This document shows, piece by piece, positions 19,061 to 29,823 of a DNA stretch of 64,000 nt. The position numbers and the translations under genes were made by a program. The DNA comes from Oscillospiraceae bacterium. Lineage in GTDB: Bacteria; Bacillota; Clostridia; Oscillospirales; Ruminococcaceae. The first letter of the stretch is position 1. The number at the start of each line of letters is the position of its first letter. Below the pieces are notes generated by a model. The model had not been told where the DNA came from. It saw only the letters and a list, made by a program, of their open reading frames with translations, and ran no database searches. The DNA lies in NCBI GenBank assembly GCA_017547245.1, contig JAFYQD010000001.1:56174-120173 (forward strand). Reading direction: 5' to 3'.

Positions 19061-20512
19061 TTATTTATATTTGAAAAAATCGTGCAGTTGTTGTTTGCGT
19101 TCCCTCAGCTCGTCGTAACGTCCGATGTATTCATAGGGATATTTATGGTTGTAAACACGCATTACTTCACCAGTAATGGGATGAACAGCCTTTGTGGCAG
19201 CACCTGCACCTGCGGCAAGGATGGTTTGTGTTTCGGCCATGATGTAGACATTGTAACGGCCGTCTTTCCCTTCCTTGGCAAAACCTGTATTCTCCAGATT
19301 GCCTGCAGTGTTGCGCTGGCGGTATAAATAATAGGGATGGTACCCCGATTTGTCAAGGGCACGATAACCGTAATCCACCATGTCCACCGCCATGCTGTAC
19401 TCTTTTTGAAGCGTGTGTACATCGGCGCTTCCAAGGCCGGCAGCACGCTTTATCGAAAGCGTATGCAGTGTAATGTTTTCAGGATCAAGAGCAATGGCAC
19501 TGTCTACACTGTGGCAGAAACCTTTCAGGTCATCACCGGGAAGGCCTGCTATCAGGTCAATGTTGATACAGTCGAAGTCCATTGCACGCGCAATACTGTA
19601 GCTGTCCATAAACTGCTGTACAGTATGGCCACGCCCGATGTTCTGCAGGACATTATCATGGAAGGTTTGGGGATTCACGCTGATTCTGCCTGCCCCATGA
19701 GAACGGATCACCTGAAGTTTTTCTTTGGTGATGGTATCGGGTCTGCCTGCTTCAACGGTATATTCCTGAAGATGAGACAAATCAAAATAACGCTCAACCC
19801 ATCCCATCAACAGGTCAAGTTCCTGATGGGAAAGTGTAGTGGGCGTTCCCCCGCCAAAATACACAGTGGTCAGTCTGAGACCAAGTTCTTTGGCGATGGC
19901 TGCGGTATCCATCAGCTCTTTATGCAGCGTTTCAAGATACTGAGGCATAAGCTTTCGAGCCTGCTCTATGCCATGAGAAACAAAGGAGCAGTAATGGCAT
20001 CGGGTGGGGCAAAAAGGAATGGAAACATACAAACTGAAGTCCATGGGCCGGTTTTGCTCTAAAATAGCACGTTCATACACTTCGGTTCGTTTGGCAAGCT
20101 CAGTTTTTGCGGGACTGACCAAAAATTCGTCGTGAAATACTTTCTCGGCGTTTTCGGCACCGCTCATCTGTTCCCGGAAAAGCTTTACGGGACGTATCCC
20201 GGTCAAAATGCCCCATGGTGGGGTGATGCCGGTATCTCTTGCAAGAGCCCGATACAGAAGACGCCCCATTGCAAGTTCGGTTTCCTTTTCGTCAACGTAT
20301 TCCAGCACAATAGAATCAGGCCGGTGGATGTCATCCACCAGACCTGCGGTTAAATTAATGCTGTTATCATTCTGTTCCAGACGGGTCAGCACATAGGCCT
20401 CCCCTTCCGGTGCCTCGTCGATATACCAATTGATTTTTTCCATAGGAAAAAACATCATGGCAAGGCGTTCCATTTCATATCGAAAGGAATGTCCCTGAAT
20501 CAAAAGGTTCAC
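19061..20512 (-). CDS. hemZ: Radical SAM coproporphyrinogen dehydrogenase-like protein (HemZ/HemN family)
   Basis: 483 aa. Radical-SAM cluster motif CPTRCHYCSF and a HemN-type core. The N-terminal extension is typical of HemZ. Confidence 0.8.
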   Translation of the reverse strand: MNLLIQGHSFRYEMERLAMMFFPMEKINWYIDEAPEGEAYVLTRLEQNDNSINLTAGLVDDIHRPDSIVLEYVDEKETELAMGRLLYRALARDTGITPPWGILTGIRPVKLFREQMSGAENAEKVFHDEFLVSPAKTELAKRTEVYERAILEQNRPMDFSLYVSIPFCPTRCHYCSFVSHGIEQARKLMPQYLETLHKELMDTAAIAKELGLRLTTVYFGGGTPTTLSHQELDLLMGWVERYFDLSHLQEYTVEAGRPDTITKEKLQVIRSHGAGRISVNPQTFHDNVLQNIGRGHTVQQFMDSYSIARAMDFDCINIDLIAGLPGDDLKGFCHSVDSAIALDPENITLHTLSIKRAAGLGSADVHTLQKEYSMAVDMVDYGYRALDKSGYHPYYLYRQRNTAGNLENTGFAKEGKDGRYNVYIMAETQTILAAGAGAATKAVHPITGEVMRVYNHKYPYEYIGRYDELRERKQQLHDFFKYK

Positions 20513-21141
20513 AGTGCTTCCCCCGTCATATAAGGATTGCGCATTTTTTCTTTATCCAGAGTAGATGCAGGGCCATGACCCGGCAGTACCTGATAATTCT
20601 GTTCGATTTTTTTCAGCTTTTCCATGCTTTTCAGCATAGCTGCAAAGTTACCGCTGTAAAGGTCACAGCGGCCAACGTCTCCGGCAAACAAAGTATCGCC
20701 CGAGAACATAAATTCACCGCAGAAATAACATACGCTGCCTGCGGAATGACCCGGAGTGGACATCACCGAGATTTCAAGCTCATCCAGGGTGATTTTATCT
20801 CCGTCTTCCAGCCAATAGTCGGCGGTTACCTGAAAGCGTTCGGCGTTGCCATAGCGGTTGCCGGCTCGGTTCAGCTGGGCGGAACTGAGCAGAGTTTGTT
20901 CTTTTCTTGCAGCATATACAGGAGCATTCCATTTTTCGGCAATCTCCTTAACCGCACCAATGTGGTCAAAGTGACCGTGGGTCAGCAAAATCATTTTGAC
21001 AGTCAAACCGTTTTCTGCCAAAAGCTCTTCAATCAGATGTGCATCATCACCGGGGTCGACAATTGCCGCATTCTTTGCATCGCTTGCAAGAATAAAGCAA
21101 TTTTCACGAATTACGCCTACTACAACAGCGTATACTTTCAT
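20509..21141 (-). CDS. MBL-fold metallo-hydrolase (glyoxalase II-like)
   Basis: 210 aa. THGHFDH metal motif and downstream TPGHS. Confidence 0.85.
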   Translation of the reverse strand: MKVYAVVVGVIRENCFILASDAKNAAIVDPGDDAHLIEELLAENGLTVKMILLTHGHFDHIGAVKEIAEKWNAPVYAARKEQTLLSSAQLNRAGNRYGNAERFQVTADYWLEDGDKITLDELEISVMSTPGHSAGSVCYFCGEFMFSGDTLFAGDVGRCDLYSGNFAAMLKSMEKLKKIEQNYQVLPGHGPASTLDKEKMRNPYMTGEAL

Positions 21142-21160
21142 TTCAAATCCTCCGTTCAGA

Positions 21161-21616
21161 TTACTTGGTCAACTCGGCGGTGTCCAGTACAAGGGTAACG
21201 GGGCCATCGTTGCAGATGTCCACCTTCATTTCGGCGCCAAAAACACCGGTGTCAACCTTCTTTACACCAAGCTCACGCAGATAGTTTACAAAGTACTCAT
21301 ACAAAGGCAGGGCGGTTTCGGGCCTTGCTGCGTTGATATAAGAAGGACGGCGGCCATGGCGTGCATCGGCACAAAGGGTAAAATTGGAGATTACCAACAT
21401 CTCACCGTCAATATCTTTTACCGAAAGGTTCAGCTTGCCGTTTTGATCCTCAAAAACACGCAAAGCCGTACATTTTTCGGCCAATAAACGTGCTTCTGCT
21501 TCGGTATCCTGGGTGGTTATGCCCACCAGAATTACATATCCCCGGCCAACGCTCCCTTTGATTTCGCCATCTACGGTAACGGTACCGGAAGAACAACATT
21601 GCAGTACTGCTTTCAT
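21161..21616 (-). CDS. dtd: D-aminoacyl-tRNA deacylase
   Basis: 151 aa. GRGYVILVGI...SNFTLCADARHGRRPS...GVFGAEM are Dtd signatures. Confidence 0.92.
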   Translation of the reverse strand: MKAVLQCCSSGTVTVDGEIKGSVGRGYVILVGITTQDTEAEARLLAEKCTALRVFEDQNGKLNLSVKDIDGEMLVISNFTLCADARHGRRPSYINAARPETALPLYEYFVNYLRELGVKKVDTGVFGAEMKVDICNDGPVTLVLDTAELTK

Positions 21617-21631
21617 GCAAACTCCCCCTGT

Positions 21632-23800
21632 TTAGCGTGTGGTACGTTCAACATCAACGACACCGGGAATCTTCTTTACCGAGTTGATGATCTGGTTAAG
21701 CTGTTCCAAACCGGTTATGCTGACGGTAACCTGAATGGTTGCGTGCTGGTCTTTGAGCACACGGGAGTTAAGGGCATGGATGGGCACATGCAGGTTGCTG
21801 AGCATAACGCTGAGGTCTGCCAGCAAGCCGGAACGGTCAACACAATAAATATCCAAAGTAGAGTCAAAGGCTTCCTTAACCTTTTCGGCCCACTCTGCCT
21901 TGACCCAACGTTCCGGTTCGGTACAGTTTCCGCGCACACCACAAACGTTGGTGCAGTCCTTTTTGTGAATGGATACACCAAATCCGCGGGTAACAAAACC
22001 TACAATCTCGTCACCGGGCAAAGGATTGCAGCAATGTGCAAACTTTACCAGACAGCTGTCAAGACCTTCTACAATAACACCGCTGGAGGCCTTGATCTTA
22101 CGCTTGGTGATAACCTTTTCAACCTTATCGGTATCAGGAGTTTTGTAGTTTTTGATGTAATCTTCTTTGATGCGGGGCATGATGCGTTCGACCGAAAGAC
22201 CGCCGTAACCCAATGCGGCATAGAAATCATCCGGGCTGTTGTAGTGCATGCGCCGTGCAGTTTCGGAAAGATACTCTTCCCTTTGCTTGTCATCAAAATG
22301 GATCAGATTGCGCTTAAATTCACGCTCGATGATAGCCTTGCCTTCGGCAATGTTCTCTTCGCGGCGTTCTTTTTTGAACCAGGAACGGATTTTGTTGCGT
22401 GCTTCACTGGTTCTTACGATATTCAGCCAGTCGCGGCTGGGGCCGTTGTTTTGGCCCGTGGTGATAATATCAACGATATTACCTGTTTTAACCTTGGAGT
22501 CCAAGGACACAATTCTGCCATCAATTTTGGCACCTGTCATGCGGTTGCCAACAGCGGTGTGTATGGCATAGGCAAAGTCGATTACCGTAGAGCCGGTGGG
22601 CAGGCTGATAACGTCGCCCTTGGGGGTGAAAACAAATACCTCTTCGGGCGCAATATCCGTCTTGATGGATTTAACAATGTCTTCAACGTCATCAGATTCC
22701 TTCTGGGATTCCAAAAGCTGACGAACCCATGCAAGGCGGTCTTCCAGACTGTCCTTTCCGCTGATGCCAACCTTATACTTCCAATGGGCGGCAACACCGT
22801 ATTCTGCGGTGTAATGCATATCCCATGTTCTGATCTGTACCTCAAAGGGAATGCCTTCGGTATCAATTACTGTGGTGTGCAGTGACTGGTACATATTAGG
22901 CTTGGGGGTAGAGATATAGTCTTTGAAGCGATTGGGAATGGGACGGAACACGTCATGAATGATGCCCAGAATGTTATAGCATTCAAAAACAGAATCTACA
23001 ATGATACGCACAGCGTATACGTCATAAATCGATTCAAAGGCACGGCCCTGCATATACACCTTACGGTAAATACCATAGATGCTCTTGACTCGGCCCTCAA
23101 TCATCATATTCTCGTGTTCATTGGAAAGACGATCGTACAGTCGGGCTTTGATGCGTTCCAAAAACAGCTGGCGGTCTTCTTTGCGTGTGGCAAGCTGCTC
23201 TTCAATTTCCTGATAACCAATGGGGTCCAGATAGCTGAGTGAAAGGTCTTCCAGTTCTTCCTTGACGGCACGGATACCCAGACGGTGAGCCAAGGGAGCG
23301 TACACTTCCATGGTTTCGAGGGATTTGTCACGACGTTTGTGGTCGGGCATAACCGAAATGGTGCGCATATTGTGCAGACGGTCGGCCAGCTTGATGATGA
23401 TTACACGAACGTCCTGTGCCATTGCCAACAGCATTTTACGCACATTTTCGGCCTGCTGCTGTTCACGGGAAGAGAAAGGAATTCTGCCCAGTTTGGTTAC
23501 GCCGTCTACCAGCAAAGCAACATCCTTGCCAAACTTCTTTTCAATATCATGCAGCGGAATTTCAGTATCTTCTACAACATCGTGCAGAAGAGCCGCCACA
23601 ACGGTATCGGTATCCATGCCCAGATCCACAAGGATCATAGCAACATTCAGAGGATGAATGATATAGGGCTCGCCCGAGACACGTTTTTGATCTCCGTGAG
23701 CCTGATCGGCAACCATAAACGCTTCATAGATTTTTTCAATGTTAAATGTCTTTCCGCTTTGATTAAGCTTGTTCAACAGACTTTCGTAAGAAACATTCAT
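21632..23800 (-). CDS. relA: Bifunctional (p)ppGpp synthetase/hydrolase (RelA/SpoT homologue)
   Basis: 722 aa. HD hydrolase (HPLNVA...LHDVVEDT), synthetase (YRSLHTTV-type: YQSLHTTVI) and TGS and ACT C-terminal domains. Confidence 0.95.
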   Translation of the reverse strand: MNVSYESLLNKLNQSGKTFNIEKIYEAFMVADQAHGDQKRVSGEPYIIHPLNVAMILVDLGMDTDTVVAALLHDVVEDTEIPLHDIEKKFGKDVALLVDGVTKLGRIPFSSREQQQAENVRKMLLAMAQDVRVIIIKLADRLHNMRTISVMPDHKRRDKSLETMEVYAPLAHRLGIRAVKEELEDLSLSYLDPIGYQEIEEQLATRKEDRQLFLERIKARLYDRLSNEHENMMIEGRVKSIYGIYRKVYMQGRAFESIYDVYAVRIIVDSVFECYNILGIIHDVFRPIPNRFKDYISTPKPNMYQSLHTTVIDTEGIPFEVQIRTWDMHYTAEYGVAAHWKYKVGISGKDSLEDRLAWVRQLLESQKESDDVEDIVKSIKTDIAPEEVFVFTPKGDVISLPTGSTVIDFAYAIHTAVGNRMTGAKIDGRIVSLDSKVKTGNIVDIITTGQNNGPSRDWLNIVRTSEARNKIRSWFKKERREENIAEGKAIIEREFKRNLIHFDDKQREEYLSETARRMHYNSPDDFYAALGYGGLSVERIMPRIKEDYIKNYKTPDTDKVEKVITKRKIKASSGVIVEGLDSCLVKFAHCCNPLPGDEIVGFVTRGFGVSIHKKDCTNVCGVRGNCTEPERWVKAEWAEKVKEAFDSTLDIYCVDRSGLLADLSVMLSNLHVPIHALNSRVLKDQHATIQVTVSITGLEQLNQIINSVKKIPGVVDVERTTR

Positions 23801-25854
23801 GGTTTCACCACCTTTGCCAATTCAATTTTTTGATATACAGAAGAAGCCATCAAGTCAACTTTTTCTTTTTGAGGAACCAACTGCAGTCGACCGGAATTTA
23901 CCTGAACCAGGCCTCTTTCCAACAGTACTTCCACTGCGGTTTTAATTCTTGCAACAGGCATTTTGTCGCTGCACAAGCGCAGCATATCCACATCACAGCC
24001 ATAGTGCATAATGCTGTTCTGTATGCATCGATAAACCTGCACAGCATCTTCACGCGTTGGGGTAATAAGCTGTGCTTCTTCTTCGCTCAGCTTCTCCCCT
24101 CTCATCAGGCTTTCAAACAGCGAATTCTGTTTGGCCAGGCCGCTGAGGTTTATGCCTGAGGGGCGTGTTTCCACAACTTTAATGGTAACACGTCGTTCCC
24201 CGGCATATTCATTGGGAACAAGCTGTACCAGAATATCTATTTTTTCTCCAACAGTATAGGAAAACTGAGCGGAAGATGTGCCAAACATCATGGCCGAAAA
24301 ATAGCTGTTGGCTGCATGCATACGAAGATTGATATGTTTTCCGTCACCAACAGAGCGGATCTCGTCAATGATACATCCCGAAATCTGAAAAATGGGAACG
24401 GAATTGCCTTCCCCAAAGGGCTCCAAAACCTTGATGGAATCCACCAAAGGCACATTGATTTTGGCAGGATTAAGCTCACAGTCGGCCCGTACAACAGGAA
24501 GAGGCATAACAGGATAAGTATTTTTGCAATAATCCAGAAGAGCCTGGCGGAAAAGCTCCACTTGTGAAACAGGCATGGAAAGACCTGCGGCAAGCGGATG
24601 ACCGCCAAAACGGGTCAAGCCTTCCGAACAAGCGGCGATTGCATCGATCAAAGAGAATCCTTCGATACTTCTGCCCGAACCTCTGGCTTCATTTTCGTTG
24701 ATGGCAATCAAAAGGCAGGGTTTTCCATAGCGTTCGGTCAGTTTGGAGGCAACAATGCCGATAACACCCATATGCCATCCATAACCTGCCATAACAATCA
24801 TACGCTGCTGAAGAACAGAAGGATCTTCGGAAATTTGAGCAGAAATTTCTGCAGTGATATCAGCCTCGGCCTGTTTACGCTGCTCGTTAAGTTTTCCAAG
24901 GCTTGCAGCAAGTTCTGCTGCATGAACAGCATCGTCCGACATCAAAAGATCGGCTGCAAGGTCAACATCACCCATACGCCCTGCGGCATTGATGCGTGGC
25001 GCAAGTGTAAATGCAATATTCTGAGAGTTTGTGCCGGATGGGTCAATTCCCGCCTCGGTCATAAGTGCGGAAAGACCTATGTTATTGGTGCACTCCAGTA
25101 CAGAAAGACCGTGACGAACAATTGCTCGGTTTTCTCCGGTCAGTTCTACAACGTCTGCCAGAGTGCCCAACGCAATAAGGTCTCCGTATTGCTCCAAAAT
25201 CCCTGCCCCGTCGTCATCTTCCAAAGCGCAAAGCAGCTTGAAAACAACGCCCACGCCTGCATACTGGGTAAAGGGAGGCTGAGGGCAATCGGTGCGGTGC
25301 GCATCCACAACAGCCACCGCGTTGGGAAGCTGGGGGCGTGGACGATGGTGGTCGGTAACAACAACATCTATTCCCTGTTCGGCGGCATATTCTACCTCGT
25401 CAATGGCAGAAATGCCGTTGTCAACGGTAATGATAAGGGTAACATCGTTCTGTTTCATCAGATCGATGGCCGCTTTGCTGAGGCCGTAGCCCTCTTCACG
25501 CTGGGGAATATAATAATTGACATCGGCACCAACCGACTCAAGATACTGGTACAGCACTGCGGTGGAGGTTACGCCGTCGCAGTCATAGTCGCCAAAAATG
25601 GTGATTCTTTCCTGCTCGGCCAATGCACGGCGAATTCTTTGAACGGCTTTGTCCATGTCAGCCATCAGATAGGGATCAGAAAAAGACCCATCGGCCAAAA
25701 AAGCGTGGGCTTGTTCTGCAGTATGATACCCTCTGGCAGCCAAAAGACGGCAAACCACAGACGGCAAAGACAACTTTTGTTCCATCAGCGCAACTTCATT
25801 TGAGTCAAGCTGAGGAAGCAGCCATTCCTTAATTCGCACACTATCCTCCATCAT
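23797..25854 (-). CDS. recJ: Single-stranded-DNA-specific exonuclease RecJ
   Basis: 685 aa. DHH motifs IFGDYDCDGVTS, VDNGIS and VVTDHH. DHHA1 GGHPLAAG. Confidence 0.92.
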   Translation of the reverse strand: MMEDSVRIKEWLLPQLDSNEVALMEQKLSLPSVVCRLLAARGYHTAEQAHAFLADGSFSDPYLMADMDKAVQRIRRALAEQERITIFGDYDCDGVTSTAVLYQYLESVGADVNYYIPQREEGYGLSKAAIDLMKQNDVTLIITVDNGISAIDEVEYAAEQGIDVVVTDHHRPRPQLPNAVAVVDAHRTDCPQPPFTQYAGVGVVFKLLCALEDDDGAGILEQYGDLIALGTLADVVELTGENRAIVRHGLSVLECTNNIGLSALMTEAGIDPSGTNSQNIAFTLAPRINAAGRMGDVDLAADLLMSDDAVHAAELAASLGKLNEQRKQAEADITAEISAQISEDPSVLQQRMIVMAGYGWHMGVIGIVASKLTERYGKPCLLIAINENEARGSGRSIEGFSLIDAIAACSEGLTRFGGHPLAAGLSMPVSQVELFRQALLDYCKNTYPVMPLPVVRADCELNPAKINVPLVDSIKVLEPFGEGNSVPIFQISGCIIDEIRSVGDGKHINLRMHAANSYFSAMMFGTSSAQFSYTVGEKIDILVQLVPNEYAGERRVTIKVVETRPSGINLSGLAKQNSLFESLMRGEKLSEEEAQLITPTREDAVQVYRCIQNSIMHYGCDVDMLRLCSDKMPVARIKTAVEVLLERGLVQVNSGRLQLVPQKEKVDLMASSVYQKIELAKVVKP

Positions 25855-25916
25855 AAAAACTCTTTATATTTTACCACTTTTGCTTTATCTTTTCAATAAT
25901 GTCGTTAAACAGACAA

Positions 25917-25944
25917 CTGCGCCGAACCATATGATTCGACGCAG
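25917..25944 (-). terminator. Possible terminator after the FAD-protein gene
   Basis: Minus-strand imperfect stem CTGCGTCGAA / TTCGGCGCAG, followed by a weak T-tract (TTGTCTGTTT). Confidence 0.4.
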
Positions 25945-25950
25945 CATATT

Positions 25951-27549
25951 TTATTCAAACGAATATTCACTTATGAGTGCAAGGGCGCAGCGCAGACCGT
26001 CAACTGCAGCGCTCATAATACCGCCGGCATAGCCTGCCCCTTCCCCACAGGGATAGAGACCTTGCAGCTGTGCAGACTGATAGTTTTCTTCTCTTATAAT
26101 GCGCACAGGAGAAGAAGTGCGTGTTTCAACACCGGTCATAACGGTGTCGCTTGCGGCAAAACCCGGCAGACGGCGGTCAAAACTTCTAAGACCATCTCCC
26201 AGCATCTGATAAACAGAATTGGGGAACAATTTTTGAAAATCGCCGTCACAAACGCCTCTGGCATAGGTTGGCTCCACACGGCCCAGTTTTAAGCCTGCAC
26301 GACCATTCAAAAAAGCAGAAACATCCTGCGCAGGTGCAGCAAAGGTTCCGCCAGCCATTGTGTAAGCGGCTTGTTCCAGACTCCGCTGAAAATACATACC
26401 GTCCAAAATGCCTTCACCAAAATCGCGGTGGTCGACCGAAACAACCATGGCAGAGTTTGCATTGCGTCCGTCACGGGCAAAATAACTCATTCCGTTTACC
26501 ACTACTCCGCCATCTTCCGAGGCAGCGGGAACAACCACACCGCCTGGGCACATACAAAATGTGTAAACGGCACGGTCGTTTTGTCTTAACGAAAGCTGAT
26601 ATTCACCTACCGGTAATCTGGGGTGTCCTGCAAACCGGCCATACAAAGCTTTGTCAATTTCGCTTTGTAAATGCTCGACACGCACACCAACCGAAAAAGG
26701 TTTGGACTGCATTTTTATCCCCATTTTTGCAAGCATCTCAAAGGTATCGCGAGCGCTGTGGCCGGGGGCAAGAATAACAGTTGTTGTTTCAATGCTACCC
26801 TTGTTGGTTTCGCATCCGCAGATGTTTCCATTTCCGTCGGTTCGAAGTGCGGTCATGCAGGTGTTAAAGCGCACTTCCCCACCCAAAGCAATAATTTCAT
26901 TGCGGATTGCAATAACAACCTGTCTAAGCTGGTCGGTGCCTACATGGGGCTTTGCTTTTTTCAAAATTTCCTTAGGGGCGCCAAATGCAGCCATTTCCTG
27001 CAGAACATAACGGCACAGAGGATCGTTGATTCGGGTGGTAAGTTTGCCGTCAGAAAATGTACCGGCTCCCCCTTCGCCAAACTGGACATTGCATTCCGGC
27101 TGAAAAGGTTTTCCTGACCAAAATCCCTGAACGGCTTTTTCACGCTCTTCCATAGCGCCGCCGCGCTCCAGAATGATGGGGCTGTAACCCTGACGGGCAA
27201 GCATAAGACCTGCAAACATGCCTGCAGGACCAAAACCAACCACAACAGGCCGGGTAGAAAGTTTTTTGCTTCCCTTTGCAACCTCAAGTTCCTGTGCCGA
27301 TGTATAAACAACATCGTTGCTGTTTACCGATTCGACCAAACGCTTTTCATTTTGGCTGTTTTCGAGTGCAATCTCAACCGAGCACACAAAACGAATGTTG
27401 TTTTTGCGACGGGCATCCACCGAAAATTTACGCACCTGTGCCGATACAACCGAGTTGCTTGAAAGATTCAGTTTCTTCAAAGCCATAGAAACCGCATCTT
27501 CTTCGGGTTGATCTAAAGTTAAGTATAGGTTGTGTACAAAAATTGACAT
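25951..27549 (-). CDS. FAD-dependent oxidoreductase of unknown specificity (COG2509-like)
   Basis: 532 aa. Dinucleotide-binding motif VVVGFGPAGMFAGLMLA, then further GG/GxG flavoprotein motifs. Confidence 0.8.
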   Translation of the reverse strand: MSIFVHNLYLTLDQPEEDAVSMALKKLNLSSNSVVSAQVRKFSVDARRKNNIRFVCSVEIALENSQNEKRLVESVNSNDVVYTSAQELEVAKGSKKLSTRPVVVGFGPAGMFAGLMLARQGYSPIILERGGAMEEREKAVQGFWSGKPFQPECNVQFGEGGAGTFSDGKLTTRINDPLCRYVLQEMAAFGAPKEILKKAKPHVGTDQLRQVVIAIRNEIIALGGEVRFNTCMTALRTDGNGNICGCETNKGSIETTTVILAPGHSARDTFEMLAKMGIKMQSKPFSVGVRVEHLQSEIDKALYGRFAGHPRLPVGEYQLSLRQNDRAVYTFCMCPGGVVVPAASEDGGVVVNGMSYFARDGRNANSAMVVSVDHRDFGEGILDGMYFQRSLEQAAYTMAGGTFAAPAQDVSAFLNGRAGLKLGRVEPTYARGVCDGDFQKLFPNSVYQMLGDGLRSFDRRLPGFAASDTVMTGVETRTSSPVRIIREENYQSAQLQGLYPCGEGAGYAGGIMSAAVDGLRCALALISEYSFE

Positions 27550-27564
27550 GGAAATCCCCTTTGC

Positions 27565-27600
27565 AAGAAACAGAATCGGCCCGACGTTATGCCGGGCCGG
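27565..27600 (-). terminator. Rho-independent terminator after cdaR
   Basis: Minus-strand stem CGGCCCG / CGGGCCG, followed by ATTCTGTTTCTT. Confidence 0.55.
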
Positions 27601-27608
27601 CTGTGTTG

Positions 27609-28859
27609 TTAGGCTTCTTTTACATTAATGATGGCGGTGTAATCACCAACTGCCCAGACAAATCCCTTGGTGGGCATATAAATCTTGAGCGGCACGCTGA
27701 ACTGACCGGGCTGAATATTGCGTTCAGAGAGATCGATTTCGGCAATAATATCATCAGAGGACAATGTTGCAATGATATCCTGGTCACCAAGGATGCGAAC
27801 ATTGGTCAAACGGGTGGTGGTAATTTGCACATTATAGCTGGAAGGACGGTTCTTTATCGAGAATGCATTGATGGTAAAGATTCCTTCGCCAATGTTGGTT
27901 TCGTCAAAAACAACTTCCACTGTTTTAAGATGATCAATATTGGTAAAGCCGCTGGGCAAGCTGATGTCAAATGTATAGTTCTGCGAAAAATCAAGGGTTT
28001 TCATATCAATGTATCCCAACTTGATTTCGCTGTAACGGGAAAGCACATCAGGATTGCCTGCAATTTTAATGTTGGAATTGGAAAGCGAATAAGACAGTTC
28101 TTCCATGGGGAAACCACTGGGAACATTGATAAAATCTACAACAAGAGGAAGGACCGTGATCTTCTTTACAGGAACAACAACTTCGGCAGTTGTTACATCG
28201 GCGACGATGAATTCAGATTCTACCACATTTCCTTCCTTATCCAAGAAAATGACGTCGGATTCAAAGGAAGTGGTTTTTTGAAGTTTTTCATCAACGTCGA
28301 TATTGACAATGCAGCTGGAAATTTTGTCTACATCAATCTCGGGGCCGCTGATGGTAACGGCGGCAGGAGAAATGGTTTCGCTTTCTACCACAAAGTCGTC
28401 ATCTACCGACAAACCGTTTATGTTTGCCCAAATAGGCAAAGATTTGGTCAAAAGACGGTCAAATTTAACGGTAAGGGTTGCGGGAGATACGCTGATAATT
28501 TCAAAATGCTGGTTTGTGTTGTTTACTGCGGTAAGAGGAATTTCGACCGTTCCGGGTCTGGTAACACGGCTGAGGTCAGGAATAATTCTGATGTCATCCT
28601 TGGAAATCGAGCCAACAACAAGTCGATCACCGCGGATGTGCACATCTACCTGAATGTTTTCAGCGTCGATGGCATGAAGATCAAGGCTACTTAAAACCGA
28701 AGACTGGGTGCTGAGGTCAACAGGCACATTTTCTACCGAAACACTTGTCTCGGTATCAACGGTAAACGCAACAACAAACCAACATACTAATGCAAGAAAC
28801 AGAGAGAACACCATTAGTGCCCTATCGTTGGAAAACAGCTTACTTAAACCTAATTTCAT
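27609..28859 (-). CDS. cdaR: YbbR-domain protein, CdaA regulator
   Basis: 416 aa with an N-terminal TM, then repeated YbbR-like beta domains. 4-nt overlap with cdaA. Confidence 0.8.
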   Translation of the reverse strand: MKLGLSKLFSNDRALMVFSLFLALVCWFVVAFTVDTETSVSVENVPVDLSTQSSVLSSLDLHAIDAENIQVDVHIRGDRLVVGSISKDDIRIIPDLSRVTRPGTVEIPLTAVNNTNQHFEIISVSPATLTVKFDRLLTKSLPIWANINGLSVDDDFVVESETISPAAVTISGPEIDVDKISSCIVNIDVDEKLQKTTSFESDVIFLDKEGNVVESEFIVADVTTAEVVVPVKKITVLPLVVDFINVPSGFPMEELSYSLSNSNIKIAGNPDVLSRYSEIKLGYIDMKTLDFSQNYTFDISLPSGFTNIDHLKTVEVVFDETNIGEGIFTINAFSIKNRPSSYNVQITTTRLTNVRILGDQDIIATLSSDDIIAEIDLSERNIQPGQFSVPLKIYMPTKGFVWAVGDYTAIINVKEA

Positions 28860-29716
28860 TTTCTGTTCCTCCAGATGCCGGTCTTCTTTTCAGGAGCAGC
28901 CGCAAAATCGTTCAGCAATTCTGCACGCAAAAAATCATTCAGCTGTTCCAAAGTATAATTGCGCTTCAAAACACCATTTTTTGCAGTGGAAATAACACCG
29001 GTCTCTTCCGAAAGAATCAGTACAAGCGCATCAGAGTTTTCGCTCATGCCAACACCGGCACGGTGACGAGTACCCAGCGATTTATCAAGATCCTGAGAGT
29101 TGGAAAGAGGCAGGAAGCACCCGGCGGCATACAGTCGACCGTTGCGAACAACAAGGGCGCCGTCATGCAGCGGCGAATTTACAAAGAAAATATTTCCAAG
29201 AAGCTCTTTGCTTGGGTCGGCATCAATAATGGTGCCGCTTTTGATGATTTCACCCAGCTTTGTTTCACGTTCAATAACAATAAGTGCGCCCATTCTCTGT
29301 TTTGCAAGATAGGCACAGCTGTCACACAAAGAATCGATCAGACGGATAAGACGAATGCGGCCCACGGCATCATCATTGGAGGGACTTAGCATACCAAGGG
29401 TATTGGATATTTTGCTTCGGCCAAGTTCTTCCAAAATGCGGCGTACTTCGGGCTGGAAGATGATCAGAACCACAACAACTGCGTTGTTCAAAACAGTACT
29501 GAGCAGGAATTCCAGCGTTCTGAAGCCTACCCAGCCGGACACAAGATAGACAGCCAGCAAAGCAAACAGACCCTTAAAAAGCTGTTCGGCACGTGTTTCA
29601 CGCACCATACGGATACCCTGGAAGATGATAAAAGCAACCAGCAGTACGTCAATTACGTCAAACAGAGTAACGGTATTAAGCAAGCCAAGAAGCCGCTGCC
29701 AAAGAATAGTCGGCAT
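28856..29716 (-). CDS. cdaA: Diadenylate cyclase CdaA (c-di-AMP synthase)
   Basis: 286 aa. Three N-terminal TM helices and a DAC domain with the LHDGALVV and GTRHRAG motifs. Confidence 0.92.
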   Translation of the reverse strand: MPTILWQRLLGLLNTVTLFDVIDVLLVAFIIFQGIRMVRETRAEQLFKGLFALLAVYLVSGWVGFRTLEFLLSTVLNNAVVVVLIIFQPEVRRILEELGRSKISNTLGMLSPSNDDAVGRIRLIRLIDSLCDSCAYLAKQRMGALIVIERETKLGEIIKSGTIIDADPSKELLGNIFFVNSPLHDGALVVRNGRLYAAGCFLPLSNSQDLDKSLGTRHRAGVGMSENSDALVLILSEETGVISTAKNGVLKRNYTLEQLNDFLRAELLNDFAAAPEKKTGIWRNRK

Positions 29717-29823
29717 GTTTTACGTCCTTTCCGTCACAGTTCAAAGGCTGTGTCTGAATTTATTCAAGCACATACCGTGCCATGTTATCTACGATATATA
29801 TTTTATCATAATAAATTGTAGAA

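Noticed and set aside
29261-29276. parS-like half site TGTTTCACGT
   Set aside because: Only the left half matches the TGTTTCACGTGAAACA consensus. The right half (TCAATA) does not. It lies inside cdaA.
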